NCBI GenBank assembly: GCA_964016885.1
Contig: OZ024740.1
Location: 32,550,001-32,614,000 of the forward strand
DNA length: 64,000 nucleotides
Direction of reading: 5' to 3'
Source: Eledone cirrhosa
Lineage: Eukaryota
Below are positions 14,006 through 27,189 of the stretch, piece after piece. The notes beneath the pieces were generated by a model. The model was not told the DNA's origin, ran no database searches, and saw only the letters and a program-made list of their open reading frames with translations. Made by a program: the position numbers and the translations under genes. Position 1 is the first letter of the stretch. Every line of letters starts with the position of its first letter.

Positions 14006-17000
14006 TGTAATATGTACTGGTAATGGTCTCCCCAAACATTACCAGTTAGACCTCTCTAATGTAATATGTACTGGTAATGGTCTCCCCAAACATTACCAGT
14101 TAGACCTCTCTAATGTAATATGTACTGGTAATGGTCTCCCCAAACATTACCAGTTAGACCTCTCTAATGTAATATGTACTGGTAATGGTCTCTCCAAACA
14201 TTACCAGTTAGACCTCTCTAATGTAATATCTACTGGTAATGGTCTCCCCAAACATTACCAGTTAGACCTCTCTAATGTAATATCTACTGGTAATGGTCTC
14301 CCCAAACATTACCAGTTAGACCTCTCTAATGTAATATGTACTGGTAATGGTCTCTCCAAACATTACCAGTTAGACCTCTCTAATGTAATATGTACTGGTA
14401 ATGGTCTCTCCAAACATTACCAGTTAGACCTCTCTAATGTAATATGTACTGGTAATGGTCTCTCCAAACATTACCAGTTAGACCTCTCTAATGTAATATC
14501 TACTGGTAATGGTCTCCCCAAACATTACCAGTTAGACCTCTCTAATGTAATATGTACTGGTAATGGTCTCCCCAAACATTACCAGTTAGACCTCTCTAAT
14601 GTAATATGTACTGGTAATGGTCTCCCCAAACATTACCAGTTAGACCTCTCTAATGTAATATCTACTGGTAATGGTCTCCCCAAACATTACCAGTTAGACC
14701 TCTCTAATGTAATATCTACTGGTAATGGTCTCCCCAAACATTACCAGTTAGACCTCTCTAATGTAATATGACCTGGTAATGGTCTCCCCAAACATTACCA
14801 GTTAGACCTCTCTAATGTAATATGTACTGGTAATGGTCTCTCCAAACATTACCAGTTAGACCTCTCTAATGTAATATGTACTGGTAATGGTCTCCCCAAA
14901 CATTACCAGTTAGACCTCTCTAATGTAATATCTACTGGTAATGGTCTCCCCAAACATTACCAGTTAGACCTCTCTAATGTAATATCTACTGGTAATGGTC
15001 TCTCCAAACATTACCAGTTAGACCTCTCTAATGTAATATCTACTGGTAATGGTCTCCCCAAACATTACCAGTTAGACCTCTCTAATGTAATATCTACTGG
15101 TAATGGTCTCTCCAAACATTACCAGTTAGACCTCTCTAATGTAATATCTACTGGTAATGGTCTCTCCAAACATTACCAGCTTGACCTCTCTAATGTAATA
15201 TCTACTGGTAATGGTCTCTCCAAACATTACCAGCTTGACCTCTCTAATGTAATATCTACTGGTAATGGTCTCCCCAAACATTACCAGTTTGACCTCTCTA
15301 ATGTAATATGTACTGGTAATGGTCTCTCCAAACATTACCAGTTAGACCTCTCTAATGTAATATGTACTGGTAATGGTCTCTCCAAACATTACCAGTTAGA
15401 CCTCTCTAATGTAATATGTACTGGTGATGGTCTCTCCAAACATTACCAGTTAGACCTCTCTAATGTAATATCTACTGGTAATGGTCTCTCCAAACATTAC
15501 CAGTTAGACCTCTCTAATGTAATATGTACTGGTAATGGTCTCTCCAAACATTACCAGTTTGACCTCTCTAATGTAATATCTACTGGTAATGGTCTCTCCA
15601 AACATTACCAGCTTGACCTCTCTAATGTAATATCTACTGGTAATGGTCTCTCCAAACATTACCAGTTTGACCTCTCTAATGTAATATGTACTGGTAATGG
15701 TCTCTCCAAACATTACCAGTTAGACCTCTCTAATGTAATATGTACTGGTAATGGTCTCTCCAAACATTACCAGTTAGACCTCTCTAATGTAATATGTACT
15801 GGTGATGGTCTCTCCAAACATTACCAGTTAGACCTCTCTAATGTAATATCTACTGGTAATGGTCTCTCCAAACATTACCAGTTAGACCTCTCTAATGTAA
15901 TATGTACTGGTAATGGTCTCTCCAAACATTACCAGTTTGACCTCTCTAATGTAATATCTACTGGTAATGGTCTCTCCAAACATTACCAGTTAGACCTCTC
16001 TAATGTAATATCTACTGGTAATGGTCTCTCCAAACATTACCAGTTAGACCTCTCTAATGTAATATGTACTGGTAATGGTCTCTCCAAACATTACCAGTTA
16101 GACCTCTCTAATGTAATATGTACTGGCGATGGTCTCTCCAAACATTACCAGTTAGACCTCTCTAATGTAATATCTACTGGTAATGGTCTCTCCAAACATT
16201 ACCAGCTTGACCTCTCTAATGTAATATCTACTGGTAATGGTCTCTCCAAACATTACCAGCTTGACCTCTCTAATGTAATATCTACTGGTAATGGTCTCCC
16301 CAAACATTACCAGTTTGACCTCTCTAATGTAATATCTACTGGTAATGGTCTCTCCAAACATTACCAGTTAGACCTCTCTAATGTAATATGTACTGGTAAT
16401 GGTCTCTCCAAACATTACCAGTTTGACCTCTCTAATGTAATATGTACTGGTAATGGTCTCTCCAAACATTACCAGTTAGACCTCTCTAATGTAATATGTA
16501 CTGGTAATGGTCTCTCCAAACATTACCAGTTAGACCTCTCTAATGTAATATGTACTGGTGATGGTCTCTCCAAACATTACCAGTTAGACCTCTCTAATGT
16601 AATATGTACTGGTAATGGTCTCTCCAAACATTACCAGTTAGACCTCTCTAATGTAATATGTACTGGTAATGGTCTCTCCAAACATTACCAGTTTGACCTC
16701 TCTAATGTAATATCTACTGGTAATGGTCTCTCCAAACATTACCAGTTAGACCTCTCTAATGTAATATCTACTGGTAATGGTCTCTCCAAACATTACCAGT
16801 TAGACCTCTCTAATGTAATATGTACTGGTAATGGTCTCTCCAAACATTACCAGTTAGACCTCTCTAATGTAATATGTACTGGCGATGGTCTCTCCAAACA
16901 TTACCAGTTAGACCTCTCTAATGTAATATCTACTGGTAATGGTCTCTCCAAACATTACCAGTTAGACCTCTCTAATGTAATATCTACTGGTAATGGTCTC

Positions 17001-20000
17001 TCCAAACATTACCAGTTAGACCTCTCTAATGTAATATCTACTGGTAATGGTCTCTCCAAACATTACCAGTTAGACCTCTCTAATGTAATATGTACTGGTC
17101 TCTCCAAACATTACCAGTTAGACCTCTCTAATGTAATATGTACTGGTGATGGTCTCTCCAAACATTACCAGTTAGACCTCTCTAATGTAATATCTACTGG
17201 TAATGGTCTCTCCAAACATTACCAGTTAGACCTCTCTAATGTAATATCTACTGGTAATGGTCTCTCCAAACATTACCAGTTAGACCTCTCTAATGTAATA
17301 TCTACTGGTAATGGTCTCTCCAAACATTACCAGTTAGACCTCTCTAATGTAATATGTACTGGTAATGGTCTCTCCAAACATTACCAGTTAGACCTCTCTA
17401 ATGTAATATCTACTGGTAATGGTCTCTCCAAACATTACCAGTTAGACCTCTCTAATGTAATATCTACTGGTAATGGTCTCCCCAAACATTACCAGTTAGA
17501 CCTCTCTAATGTAATATCTACTGGTAATGGTCTCTCCAAACATTACCAGTTAGACCTCTCTAATGTAATATGTACTGGTAATGGTCTCTCCAAACATTAC
17601 CAGTTTGACCTCTCTAATGTAATATGTACTGGTAATGGTCTCTCCAAACATTACCAGTTAGACCTCTCTAATGTAATATGTACTGGTAATGGTCTCTCCA
17701 AACATTACCAGTTAGACCTCTCTAATGTAATATGTACTGGTGATGGTCTCTCCAAACATTACCAGTTAGACCTCTCTAATGTAATATCTACTGGTAATGG
17801 TCTCTCCAAACATTACCAGTTAGACCTCTCTAATGTAATATGTACTGGTGATGGTCTCTCCAAACATTACCAGTTAGACCTCTCTAATGTAATATCTACT
17901 GGTAATGGTCTCTCCAAACATTACCAGTTAGACCTCTCTAATGTAATATCTACTGGTAATGGTCTCTCCAAACATTACCAGTTAGACCTCTCTAATGTAA
18001 TATCTACTGGTAATGGTCTCTCCAAACATTACCAGTTAGACCTCTCTAATGTAATATGTACTGGTAATGGTCTCTCCAAACATTACCAGTTAGACCTCTC
18101 TAATGTAATATCTACTGGTAATGGTCTCCCCAAACATTACCAGTTAGACCTCTCTAATGTAATATGTACTGGTAATGGTCTCTCCAAACATTACCAGTTA
18201 GACCTCTCTAATGTAATATCTACTGGTAATGGTCTCTCCAAACATTACCAGTTAGACCTCTCTAATGTAATATGTACTGGTAATGGTCTCTCCAAACATT
18301 ACCAGTTAGACCTCTCTAATGTAATATGTACTGGTAATGGTCTCTCCAAACATTACCAGTTAGACCTCTCTAATGTAATATGTACTGGTAATGGTCTCTC
18401 CAAACATTACCAGTTAGACCTCTCTAATGTAATATGTACTGGTAATGGTCTCTCCAAACATTACCAGTTAGACCTCTCTAATGTAATATGTACTGGTAAT
18501 GGTCTCTCCAAACATTACCAGTTAGACCTCTCTAATGTAATATCTACTGGTAATGGTCTCCCCAAACATTACCAGTTAGACCTCTCTAATGTAATATGTA
18601 CTGGTAATGGTCTCTCCAAACATTACCAGTTTGACCTCTCTAATGTAATATGTACTGGTAATGGTCTCTCCAAACATTACCAGTTAGACCTCTCTAATGT
18701 AATATGTACTGGTAATGGTCTCTCCAAACATTACCAGTTAGACCTCTCTAATGTAATATGTACTGGTAATGGTCTCTCCAAACATTACCAGTTTGACCTC
18801 TCTAATGTAATATGTACTGGTAATGGTCTCTCCAAACATTACCAGTTAGACCTCTCTAATGTAATATGTACTGGTAATGGTCTCTCCAAACATTACCAGT
18901 TTGACCTCTCTAATGTAATATGTACTGGTAATGGTCTCTCCAAACATTACCAGTTAGACCTCTCTAATGTAATATGTACTGGTAATGGTCTCTCCAAACA
19001 TTACCAGTTTGACCTCTCTAATGTAATATGTACTGGTAATGGTCTCTCCAAACATTACCAGTTAGACCTCTCTAATGTAATATGTACTGGTAATGGTCTC
19101 TCCAAACATTACCAGTTTGACCTCTCTAATGTAATATGTACTGGTAATGGTCTCTCCAAACATTACCAGTTAGACCTCTCTAATGTAATATGTACTGGTA
19201 ATGGTCTCTCCAAACATTACCAGTTTGACCTCTCTAATGTAATATGTACTGGTAATGGTCTCTCCAAACATTACCAGTGAGACCTCTCTAATGTAATATG
19301 TACTGGTAATGGTCTCTCCACACATTACCAGTTAGACCTCTCTAATGTAATATCTACTGGTAATGGTCTCCCCAAACATTACCAGCTTGACCTCTCTAAT
19401 GTAATATGTACTGGTAATGGTCTCCCCAAACATTACCAGCTTGACCTCTCTAATGTAATATGTACTGGTAATGGTCTCTCCAAACATTACCAGTTAGACC
19501 TCTCTAATGTAATATGTACTGGTAATGGTCTCTCCAAACATTACCAGTTTGACCTCTCTAATGTAATATGTACTGGTAATGGTCTCTCCAAACATTACCA
19601 GTTAGACCTCTCTAATGTAATATGTACTGGTAATGGTCTCTCCACACATTACCAGTTTGACCTCTCTAATGTAATATCTACTGGTAATGGTCTCCCCAAA
19701 CATTACCAGCTTGACCTCTCTAATGTAATATGTACTGGTCTCTCCAAACATTACCAGTTAGACCTCTCTAATGTAATATGTACTGGTAATGGTCTCTCCA
19801 CACATTACCAGTTAGACCTCTCTAATGTAATATCTACTGGTAATGGTCTCCCCAAACATTACCAGCTTGACCTCTCTAATGTAATATGTACTGGTAATGG
19901 TCTCTCCAAACATTACCAGTTAGACCTCTCTAATGTAATATGTACTGGTAATGGTCTCTCCACACATTACCAGTTAGACCTCTCTAATGTAATATCTACT

Positions 20001-21043
20001 GGTAATGGTCTCTCCAAACATTACCAGTTAGACCTCTCTAATGTAATATGTACTGGTAATGGTCTCTCCACACATTACCAGTTAGACCTCTCTAATGTAA
20101 TATCTACTGGTAATGGTCTCTCCAAACATTACCAGTTTGACCTCTCTAATGTAATATGTACTGGTAATGGTCTCTCCAAACATTACCAGTTAGACCTCTC
20201 TAATGTAATATGTACTGGTAATGGTCTCTCCAAACATTACCAGTTAGACCTCTCTAATGTAATATGTACTGGTAATGGTCTCTCCAAACATTACCAGTTA
20301 GACCTCTCTAATGTAATATCTACTGGTAATGGTCTCTCCAAACATTACCAGTTAGACCTCTCTAATGTAATATCTACTGGTAATGGTCTCTCCAAACATT
20401 ACCAGTTAGACCTCTCTAATGTAATATGTACTGGTAATGGTCTCCCCAAACATTACCAGTTTGACCTCTCTAATGTAATATGTACTGGTAATGGTCTCTC
20501 CAAACATTACCAGTTAGACCTCTCTAATGTAATATGTACTGGTAATGGTCTCTCCAAACATTACCAGCTTGACCTCTCTAATGTAATATCTACTGGTAAT
20601 GGTCTCTCCAAACATTACCAGTTAGACCTCTCTAATGTAATATGTACTGGTAATGGTCTCTCCAAACATTACCAGTTAGACCTCTCTAATGTAATATCTA
20701 CTGGTAATGGTCTCTCCAAACATTACCAGTTAGACCTCTCTAATGTAATATGTACTGGTAATGGTCTCTCCAAACATTACCAGTTAGACCTCTCTAATGT
20801 AATATGTACTGGTAATGGTCTCTCCAAACATTACCAGCTTGACCTCTCTAATGTAATATCTACTGGTAATGGTCTCTCCAAACATTACCAGTTAGACCTC
20901 TCTAATGTAATATGTACTGGTAATGGTCTCTCCAAACATTACCAGTTAGACCTCTCTAATGTAATATCTACTGGTAATAGTCTCTCCAAACATTACCAGT
21001 TAGACCTCTCTAATGTAATATCTACTGGTAATGGTCTCTCCAA
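14006..21043. repeat. 54-bp satellite, ~130 copies, each with a 10-bp inverted repeat
   Basis: Unit TAATGTAATATGTACTGGTAATGGTCTCTCCAAACATTACCAGTTAGACCTCTC; ACTGGTAATG pairs with CATTACCAGT. Confidence 0.98.
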
Positions 21044-21335
21044 TCTATCTATATATTATAAGTTTATTCGATCAGAGTTAACCAGGGCTAAACAATAACA
21101 ATCAGTAGCATCATTCTTCAGCTTTGTCATCATTTTCACTAATACTCTCATGGAGCCAACTATAGTGCTGCTATATGGTCACTCAATTTTCTAGAATTAG
21201 CAACCACTGAAATAAAAATGTTATACATTTTAGAAAGTTTTGGTTAAAAACAAAGGAAAAAAAGATTTAAAAAAAAAAGATAAAAAAACAAATAAAAACA
21301 AAAATAAAAAGTTATTCAAATGTGATGTAACATAC

Positions 21336-21453
21336 AGTCCAATTTGAAGATCATCAGCAGGCCCAACAATGACCTCCATTTCATGTAGCAGAGAATTTGG
21401 TGGGTTTTGAGGTAGCTGATCACTTACTGCTTCAGTGGGTTTATAACTCAATC
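21336..21453 (-). CDS. AIFM3: AIFM3-like coding exon 3
   Basis: ttacag|GA TTG...GGA CT|gtatgt; LSYKPTEAVSDQLPQNPPNSLLHEMEVIVGPADDLQIG(L). Phase 2 matches exon 4, and EVIVGPADDLQIG fits the first Rieske strand. Confidence 0.82.
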
Positions 21454-22339
21454 CTGTAACTATTAAATAATATTCATATTATAATACTCATAAGTATTAA
21501 ATGTCAGAGACTTTATACAAAGAAAGACACACCAAAGGTCAGACAATCACTGCTAGAAAATAGAATCCATTGCATAGCTTTTGTCATTTTTGTTCAAAGC
21601 AGCTATTATATGCTTATAAGCCAACAGCATGCCTTGTAGTCTGAATATACTAAACTTTGGTTTGATTTCTGACCACACTGCCCACCAAAGTTGCATATAA
21701 GAGATAAATTCCAAAACACCCACCAATTTGTGATTGTGTCAGGTGACAAAGCTTTATGAGACATCCAACCCTACCAACGATAACAATAGCTTTTGTTTCT
21801 ATGAACATAATTGACTATACCACCTGCATCTAAATAGACTGGATGCATACATCTCAATTCCTTTTCATGACTTTTGTGTCTCAATTTCTCAGGCATTGTA
21901 CAAAACCCTTTTTTGATCTTTCATTTATCTAACTCCCTTGTGTTTACTCTTCAAATGGAAACTAGAACAAATTTCAGCATACCATAACATCTCCTTTTAA
22001 TAACAATGAATAATTTATGGGAAAATAAAAATAGAAAATGAAGGGAAAATATGATGCTGCTAAATTGCTTTGTGGGCATAAGGTTGAAATTATTTTCAGA
22101 AAGTGAGCTGACTCATGCTACACAGCAAATATCAAGATAAACACCAGCAAAACATTGTTTCAGGTATGAAAATCTCTCTGGCTAAACTTCCCTAGGAGGG
22201 TTTTTTTTTTTTTTTACCTAACTCCTACCTCTTGAGTCAGAAGCTTTTTGTCAGATTGTGTTAATATGCTGCAATGTGTAGATACAGTTCTTTCTCTAAC
22301 CTACAATATACCACCTCTGATGTGTTCCAATGTTCAATT

Positions 22340-23026
22340 TTCTTCTCTACATACTTCATGTCATACATTGACAATCTACTTGCTAACATCTATGCAGCTG
22401 ACACCAATTTTCATTCCTCCCTAACACTCTACTTACAAGTGTCATCATCAACCAATCTACATAGCTCACATCAATTCTGTATTGCCTACACAAAGAGGGA
22501 CATTGGTGATATCCATGGACATGGTAATCTTGTTTCTTTCAAAATCACACACAGAACCATAGCATATATGAAAAAAAAATTTTTCTACATCACCTACTTT
22601 AAATCTTGGACAACCTACTCATTAAAAACCTCATGCTGCTTCAATGTTACAAATCCTAGCATCACAATTATTTATGATCTGTCCTGACAATTTCATATTC
22701 ATAACAGCAAAATCTGCTTCAAAAAGTTTAGTTTTCCTCTTCTGAACAGCTGCTGATTATCTACAAAGTTCAGTAAGAGCCATAATGGAATACTGATCCT
22801 ATATATGGTACAGTGCTGATGTTACAAACACAGACACCCTAGATTACATCCAGAAGAAATCCATCTGATTGATTGGTAGACTCACCAACACAGTTCAACT
22901 TCTGGTATACAGATATGTTGTCTCTTCACACTACCTACAACAGCCTCTATTCCTCAGAGCTAACTAGTTACATAACACTCCAACCTAATCCCATCTATTA
23001 CACTTGCCTTTCTAGTTATCATCCCT
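22340..23026 (+). mobile_element. Highly decayed CR1/L2/Jockey-group LINE RT C-terminal fragment
   Basis: IYAADT (degenerate YADD) and IYKVQ.RAIMEY..IW...LDYIQKK across frameshifts. Confidence 0.6.
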
Positions 23027-23313
23027 CAGTCTGTGTCACTTCCCACAGGTCCCACATTAACCACTCTATCCTCTTGTTCCCATCACCCAGTCTGTGTCAC
23101 TTCCCACAGGTCCCACATTAACCACTCTATCTTCTTGTTCCCATCACCCAGTCTGTGTCACTTCCCACAGGTCCCACATTAACCACTCTATCTTCTTGTT
23201 CCCATCACCCAGTCTGTGTCACTTCCTACAGGCCCCACACTAACCACTCTATCCCCTTTGTTCTCATCACCCAGTCTATGTCCCTCCCCACAGGTCCCAC
23301 ACTAACCACTATA
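23027..23313. repeat. 61-bp minisatellite, ~4.7 copies
   Basis: CAGTCTGTGTCACTTCCCACAGGTCCCACATTAACCACTCTATC... recurs at 23027, 23088, 23149, 23210 and ~23272. Confidence 0.92.
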
Positions 23314-23456
23314 CTTTAGCCTGGCAAATGTTGAAGCTAGATGTAAAATATATGAATTTGACAAGTGTTATACAAAGGCCTAGATAAAGTCTCTTCATCC
23401 AGACTAAAGCCACAAAAATTAAATTAAATATATTAAAAATCCACAGAGCCACGTAC

Positions 23457-23507
23457 CTGTATCTTCCTTTTCTGTGGAATATTTATTCACACTAATAATT
23501 GCCTGAC
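23457..23507 (-). CDS. AIFM3: AIFM3-like coding exon 2 (51 bp)
   Basis: ttttgttaaatag|GT CAG GCA...ACA G|gtacgt; (G)QAIISVNKYSTEKEDT(G); phase 1-1, open, joins exon 3 in frame. Confidence 0.65.
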
Positions 23508-23914
23508 CTATTTAACAAAAGACATAATTATCATTATTAGCATCATCACATCTATTACTACCATTTTAACCATTAATATTAACAATCACTCCTATTACTA
23601 TCATAGCCATCACCTCTATTACTTTCACCACAATCACTGTGATCATCACCATCATCAGATGTAGTGTGCAAAAGAGGAGACTGTATTGGTATGGATATGT
23701 GATGTGCATCGATGATGATCGCTGAGTGAAGAGGTGTCAATATACTTGTTCTTTGTTTTTTACTACACTGATTTCCTATTGACTCTAAATATGTTAGTAC
23801 AATCATGTTTTAATTTCTTTCTTAGTCTTGCATTGGTAATAAAAAAAAGCCTGAGCTAATAACGGTTTCCGATTTAAGCACAAGGCCAACAATTTTAGGG
23901 GAAGGGAAAGGATT

Positions 23915-24960
23915 GATGCCCTGTCTGTGGCTAACATTGGTGGTCTTCTTAATCAGGAAAGGCTCTACATCTCCATTGCACGCCGAGTAGGAGCTGATAT
24001 CTGTGGGAGTCTGAGATGTCATTGTGGTAGGTCCCTCGACTCCACAGGCCTCCATGGTTTATCCCGCCACCTGAATGCTGGTCGCTTCGCCTGCCACACC
24101 AAGCTAAACCTGATCATTAAGTGGGCCCTAACTTGGGTAAATATGCCCTCAATTCTGGAGCCGGCTGGATTATCCAGAAGCGATGAGAAGAAAATACATG
24201 GCCTTACCCTTTGTCCTTGGGTAAGAGGCAGGTGTTTCATTTGGGACGCCACAGTCAGTGATTCTTTTGCTCCTTCCTATATGGGTGCTACGGTAAATGT
24301 GAGGGTCATTGCTTCTGTTGTCAAAAGGAATAAAACCCTAAAATACAGGGAACTACCAAACAATTATTTTTTCCAGTCCGTGGCATTCGATACGTTTGGT
24401 GGAGTTGGGCCGCTGACAGCGAAGTTCTTGTCATCGTTGGCGGCTTCGCCTCACTGAGGTGTCAGGTGATACCCTTCAAGGTGCCTGGTTGTTTCAACGC
24501 CTTAGCCTCGCCATCACCCGCGGTAATGCTGCAAGGATATTAGTTTGACTCAAAATATTCTGTTGATCCTTGTGATGTGCGGCCGATTGTCGCACTTGTT
24601 GACGAATTGATGGTTGTTTTTGTCCCCCCTCCTCCGTTGTGATCGTATATTTTAATGTGTTGTATTTGTAAGGCTCCGAGCAATAGTTAATTGTATTCAT
24701 TGTGGATTGGCAGTATCGGTAGAGGGTCGGACGCCATGCTTTCCAGCATAATTACGTCCCTTTACGATCTGAGTTCAAATCCCGCCGAGGTTGACTTTGC
24801 CTTTCATCCTTACGGGGTCGATAAAATAAAGTACCAGTAATGCACTGGGTAATTGCTGGCCTTGTGCCTAAAGTAGAAACAATTATATGTGTTTATATTT
24901 TCACTCTGAAAGAATTGTGAACAATTTGTAATGTTATCTATACAACTGTGAATAAAATTT
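23915..24960 (+). mobile_element. 5'-truncated CRE-clade non-LTR retrotransposon (RLE endonuclease and 3' UTR), interrupted by a SINE
   Basis: CHCG...HGLS zinc motif, GLTLCPWVRGRCFIWDAT, FDTFG, FQRLSLAITRGNAA; the AT-rich UTR resumes after the SINE. Confidence 0.85.
24702..24885 (+). mobile_element. tRNA-derived SINE with Meta/MESC-like central domain (type copy of the commonest SINE here)
   Basis: A box TGGCAGTATCGG, B box GAGTTCAAATCC, core GCCTTTCATCCTTACGGGGTCGATAAAATAAAGTACCAG, (ATT) tail; more than 15 copies in the window. Confidence 0.85.
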
Positions 24961-25021
24961 ACGTAAAATATTGATTAGAAGATTGATATTGAAAACTGCT
25001 CTTCTATTGAAAATAACTAAA

Positions 25022-25427
25022 TATTTTATTTTGTTTAGAGTTGTATAAATAACATTACAAATATGTTTTAAATATATACATAAATAACATTACAAATACG
25101 TAAATAACATTATTCGTTCAGAAGAACATTACAAATATAATATCTAAGCCGTGTATAAAAATATAATATAATTCATTGAACAATAAAGGAAAGAAAAGGG
25201 TAAGGTGGGAGCAATTCACCACCAAGCGCGAAAATCGGCCACACCTCACATCTTAGAGGTTAACTAAAAACTTTGAGGCAAGCCAACACGCTCGCAGCAT
25301 TACCACGGGTGATGGCGAGACTAAGGCGCTGAAACAATCGGGCACCCTCAAGGACATCACCTGACAACTCAGCAAGATGCGCCGCCAGTGACAAGAACTT
25401 CGCTGTCAGCGGCCGAACTCCACAGGC
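25022..25427 (-). mobile_element. CRE-clade 3' fragment in the opposite orientation
   Basis: Reverse complement matches 24400-24600 and 37760-37980 (QRLSLAITRGNAASVL plus UTR). Confidence 0.85.
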
Positions 25428-25963
25428 TGGAAAAAATAATTAGTGGATAAATCCAGGTGTCTTCTAGTGGAAGTTACCTAAAGACTACACATTTCACAAC
25501 CAAAATATACTTTTTCTTCCTATTCCTCAACTTATCTATTTTACTCTATTTTTTCATGTTGCCATTAATTTCATCTTAATTGCAACTATGCATGCTCACG
25601 TAACTGCTTTGGGAGTCGTATGGGTACTTTTTAAACCTGGTGGAGCCCATCTCTCCAGGTCTGAATACAGCAGATTTCTTCATGAGAAAAATAGAAAGAG
25701 AGAGATATACAGAAGAAAAACGACCCCAGTACTTGACAGGTACTTTTTTTTATCTACCTTGAATGGATGAAAGGTAAAGTTGAACTCGCCGTGATTTGCT
25801 CAGAGCGCAGAGAGCATAACGAATACCGCAAAGCATTCTATCCGACATCTTAACGACTATCTATTTGCCGCCTAAATGCAACTATATATATGTTATCCTT
25901 TTATTACAGTTGTATAAATTTACAGTAGAATAACGTAGTAAATATGTTTTGAATATATACATA

Positions 25964-26564
25964 GGCATACATGACTTTTAACGGTCTGAAAAATGAAAGT
26001 AAATTTTTCATTTTCGAACGTCGTGTTTACATTTTGTGTGTGTGTTTAGATCTAAATTAGTTACTGAGATTAAAGACCAAATCAGAGCCTCTGTCGTTTT
26101 AACTGATTATATATATGTGTGTGTGTGTGTGTAGTTGACGGTTGAGAGAAGAGTACTCAATACCGAAGTAATCTTGTAAGGAGGCTTGCAGAATGGTGAG
26201 TCCGACATTCTGGACGCTGTTGCTTTGTAGAAGTCCCAAATCGAAGCTGTTACACTCTCGTCCCCATCATTCAGCAGGGATTTTGCCAGGCAGCCGCATC
26301 ATCTCCGATGGTTGGGCTTCCTATTCGGAAATTGAGGAAATTGAATGTGGGGTTTTACGTTCATGATGTGGTGCACGAACGGAACTTTGTAGATCCTGCG
26401 GACCCTGATGTGTACACACAGCTCATAGAGAACACATGGAGCCGTGCAAAGAAGAAGCTTCGTTGCCAGCATGTTTCCTTTAAACACACAAAATGTAAAT
26501 ACGACGTTCGAAAATGAAAATAAATTTACTTTCATTATTGCGACCGCTAAAAGTCATGTATGCC
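25964..26564 (+). mobile_element. Internally deleted Merlin (IS1016/ISXO2-like DDE) DNA transposon
   Basis: ~85-bp imperfect TIRs GGCATACATGACTTTTA.../...TAAAAGTCATGTATGCC; 9-bp TSD ATATACATA; transposase remnant LVPIIQQ.ILPGSRIISDGWASY...HERNFVDP...TQLIENTW. Confidence 0.9.
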
Positions 26565-27189
26565 ATATACATAAATACTCTGTTTAGCAACCAACTTAAA
26601 ATATACACTCGAGTGAAAATAGAAATCTTTTAATGTAACTACGAAAAACTTAGTAGAAACAATTATTACATAGCTATCAGTGTATTACGTAAACATTGAA
26701 TTTTGGAGGTTACTGTATTAAAGTTGACGACTATATTTAAATAGTCGAACTATGGTAATTCGATTTGAATATTGCTGCATACTCCAAAATAGAACTGTCA
26801 AGTATTATTTCTGAAAATTGTTTGATTTGAATTTTTATAATGTACATTTCTGTCTGGGATATAAATATTTGTTTACATTTTCGCATATATCTCAACGATA
26901 TTCTCAATGGACGCGCTTACAATATTTGAATAAAACTGAACCGTCGTACCATTTAATTTGAAAAGTGGAGTAAAATAAAAGAAGAATAATGTGAATTTGA
27001 AAAGTCATCCCTTGTTTTTTCCAATACCGTACTTGCAGTTTTCCAGGATGTATAGATTTATTTTTTCAAAATGATGGAGGCGATTTATCTCCTCATGAAA
27101 CTAACATGTAAATAACTGGGCATTTCATACATACGTGTACCTAAATAAGAAAATATGGCACTACAACGCTATTGTCAATTATTTTATCA

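Noticed and set aside
13929-14771. 280-aa ORF with an 18-aa repeat (CTGNGLPKHYQLDLSNVI), superficially LRR-like
   Set aside because: It is the 54-bp satellite read in frame, antisense within an intron, with no unique domain or splice support.
14006-21043. CRISPR-like appearance (palindromic repeats at regular spacing)
   Set aside because: No unique spacers and no cas genes; the whole unit repeats. The same applies to the 43- and 45-bp arrays.
26140-26480. Bacterial IS1595 contamination or recent HGT
   Set aside because: It has Merlin-type TIRs and TSD and is embedded in animal repeats.
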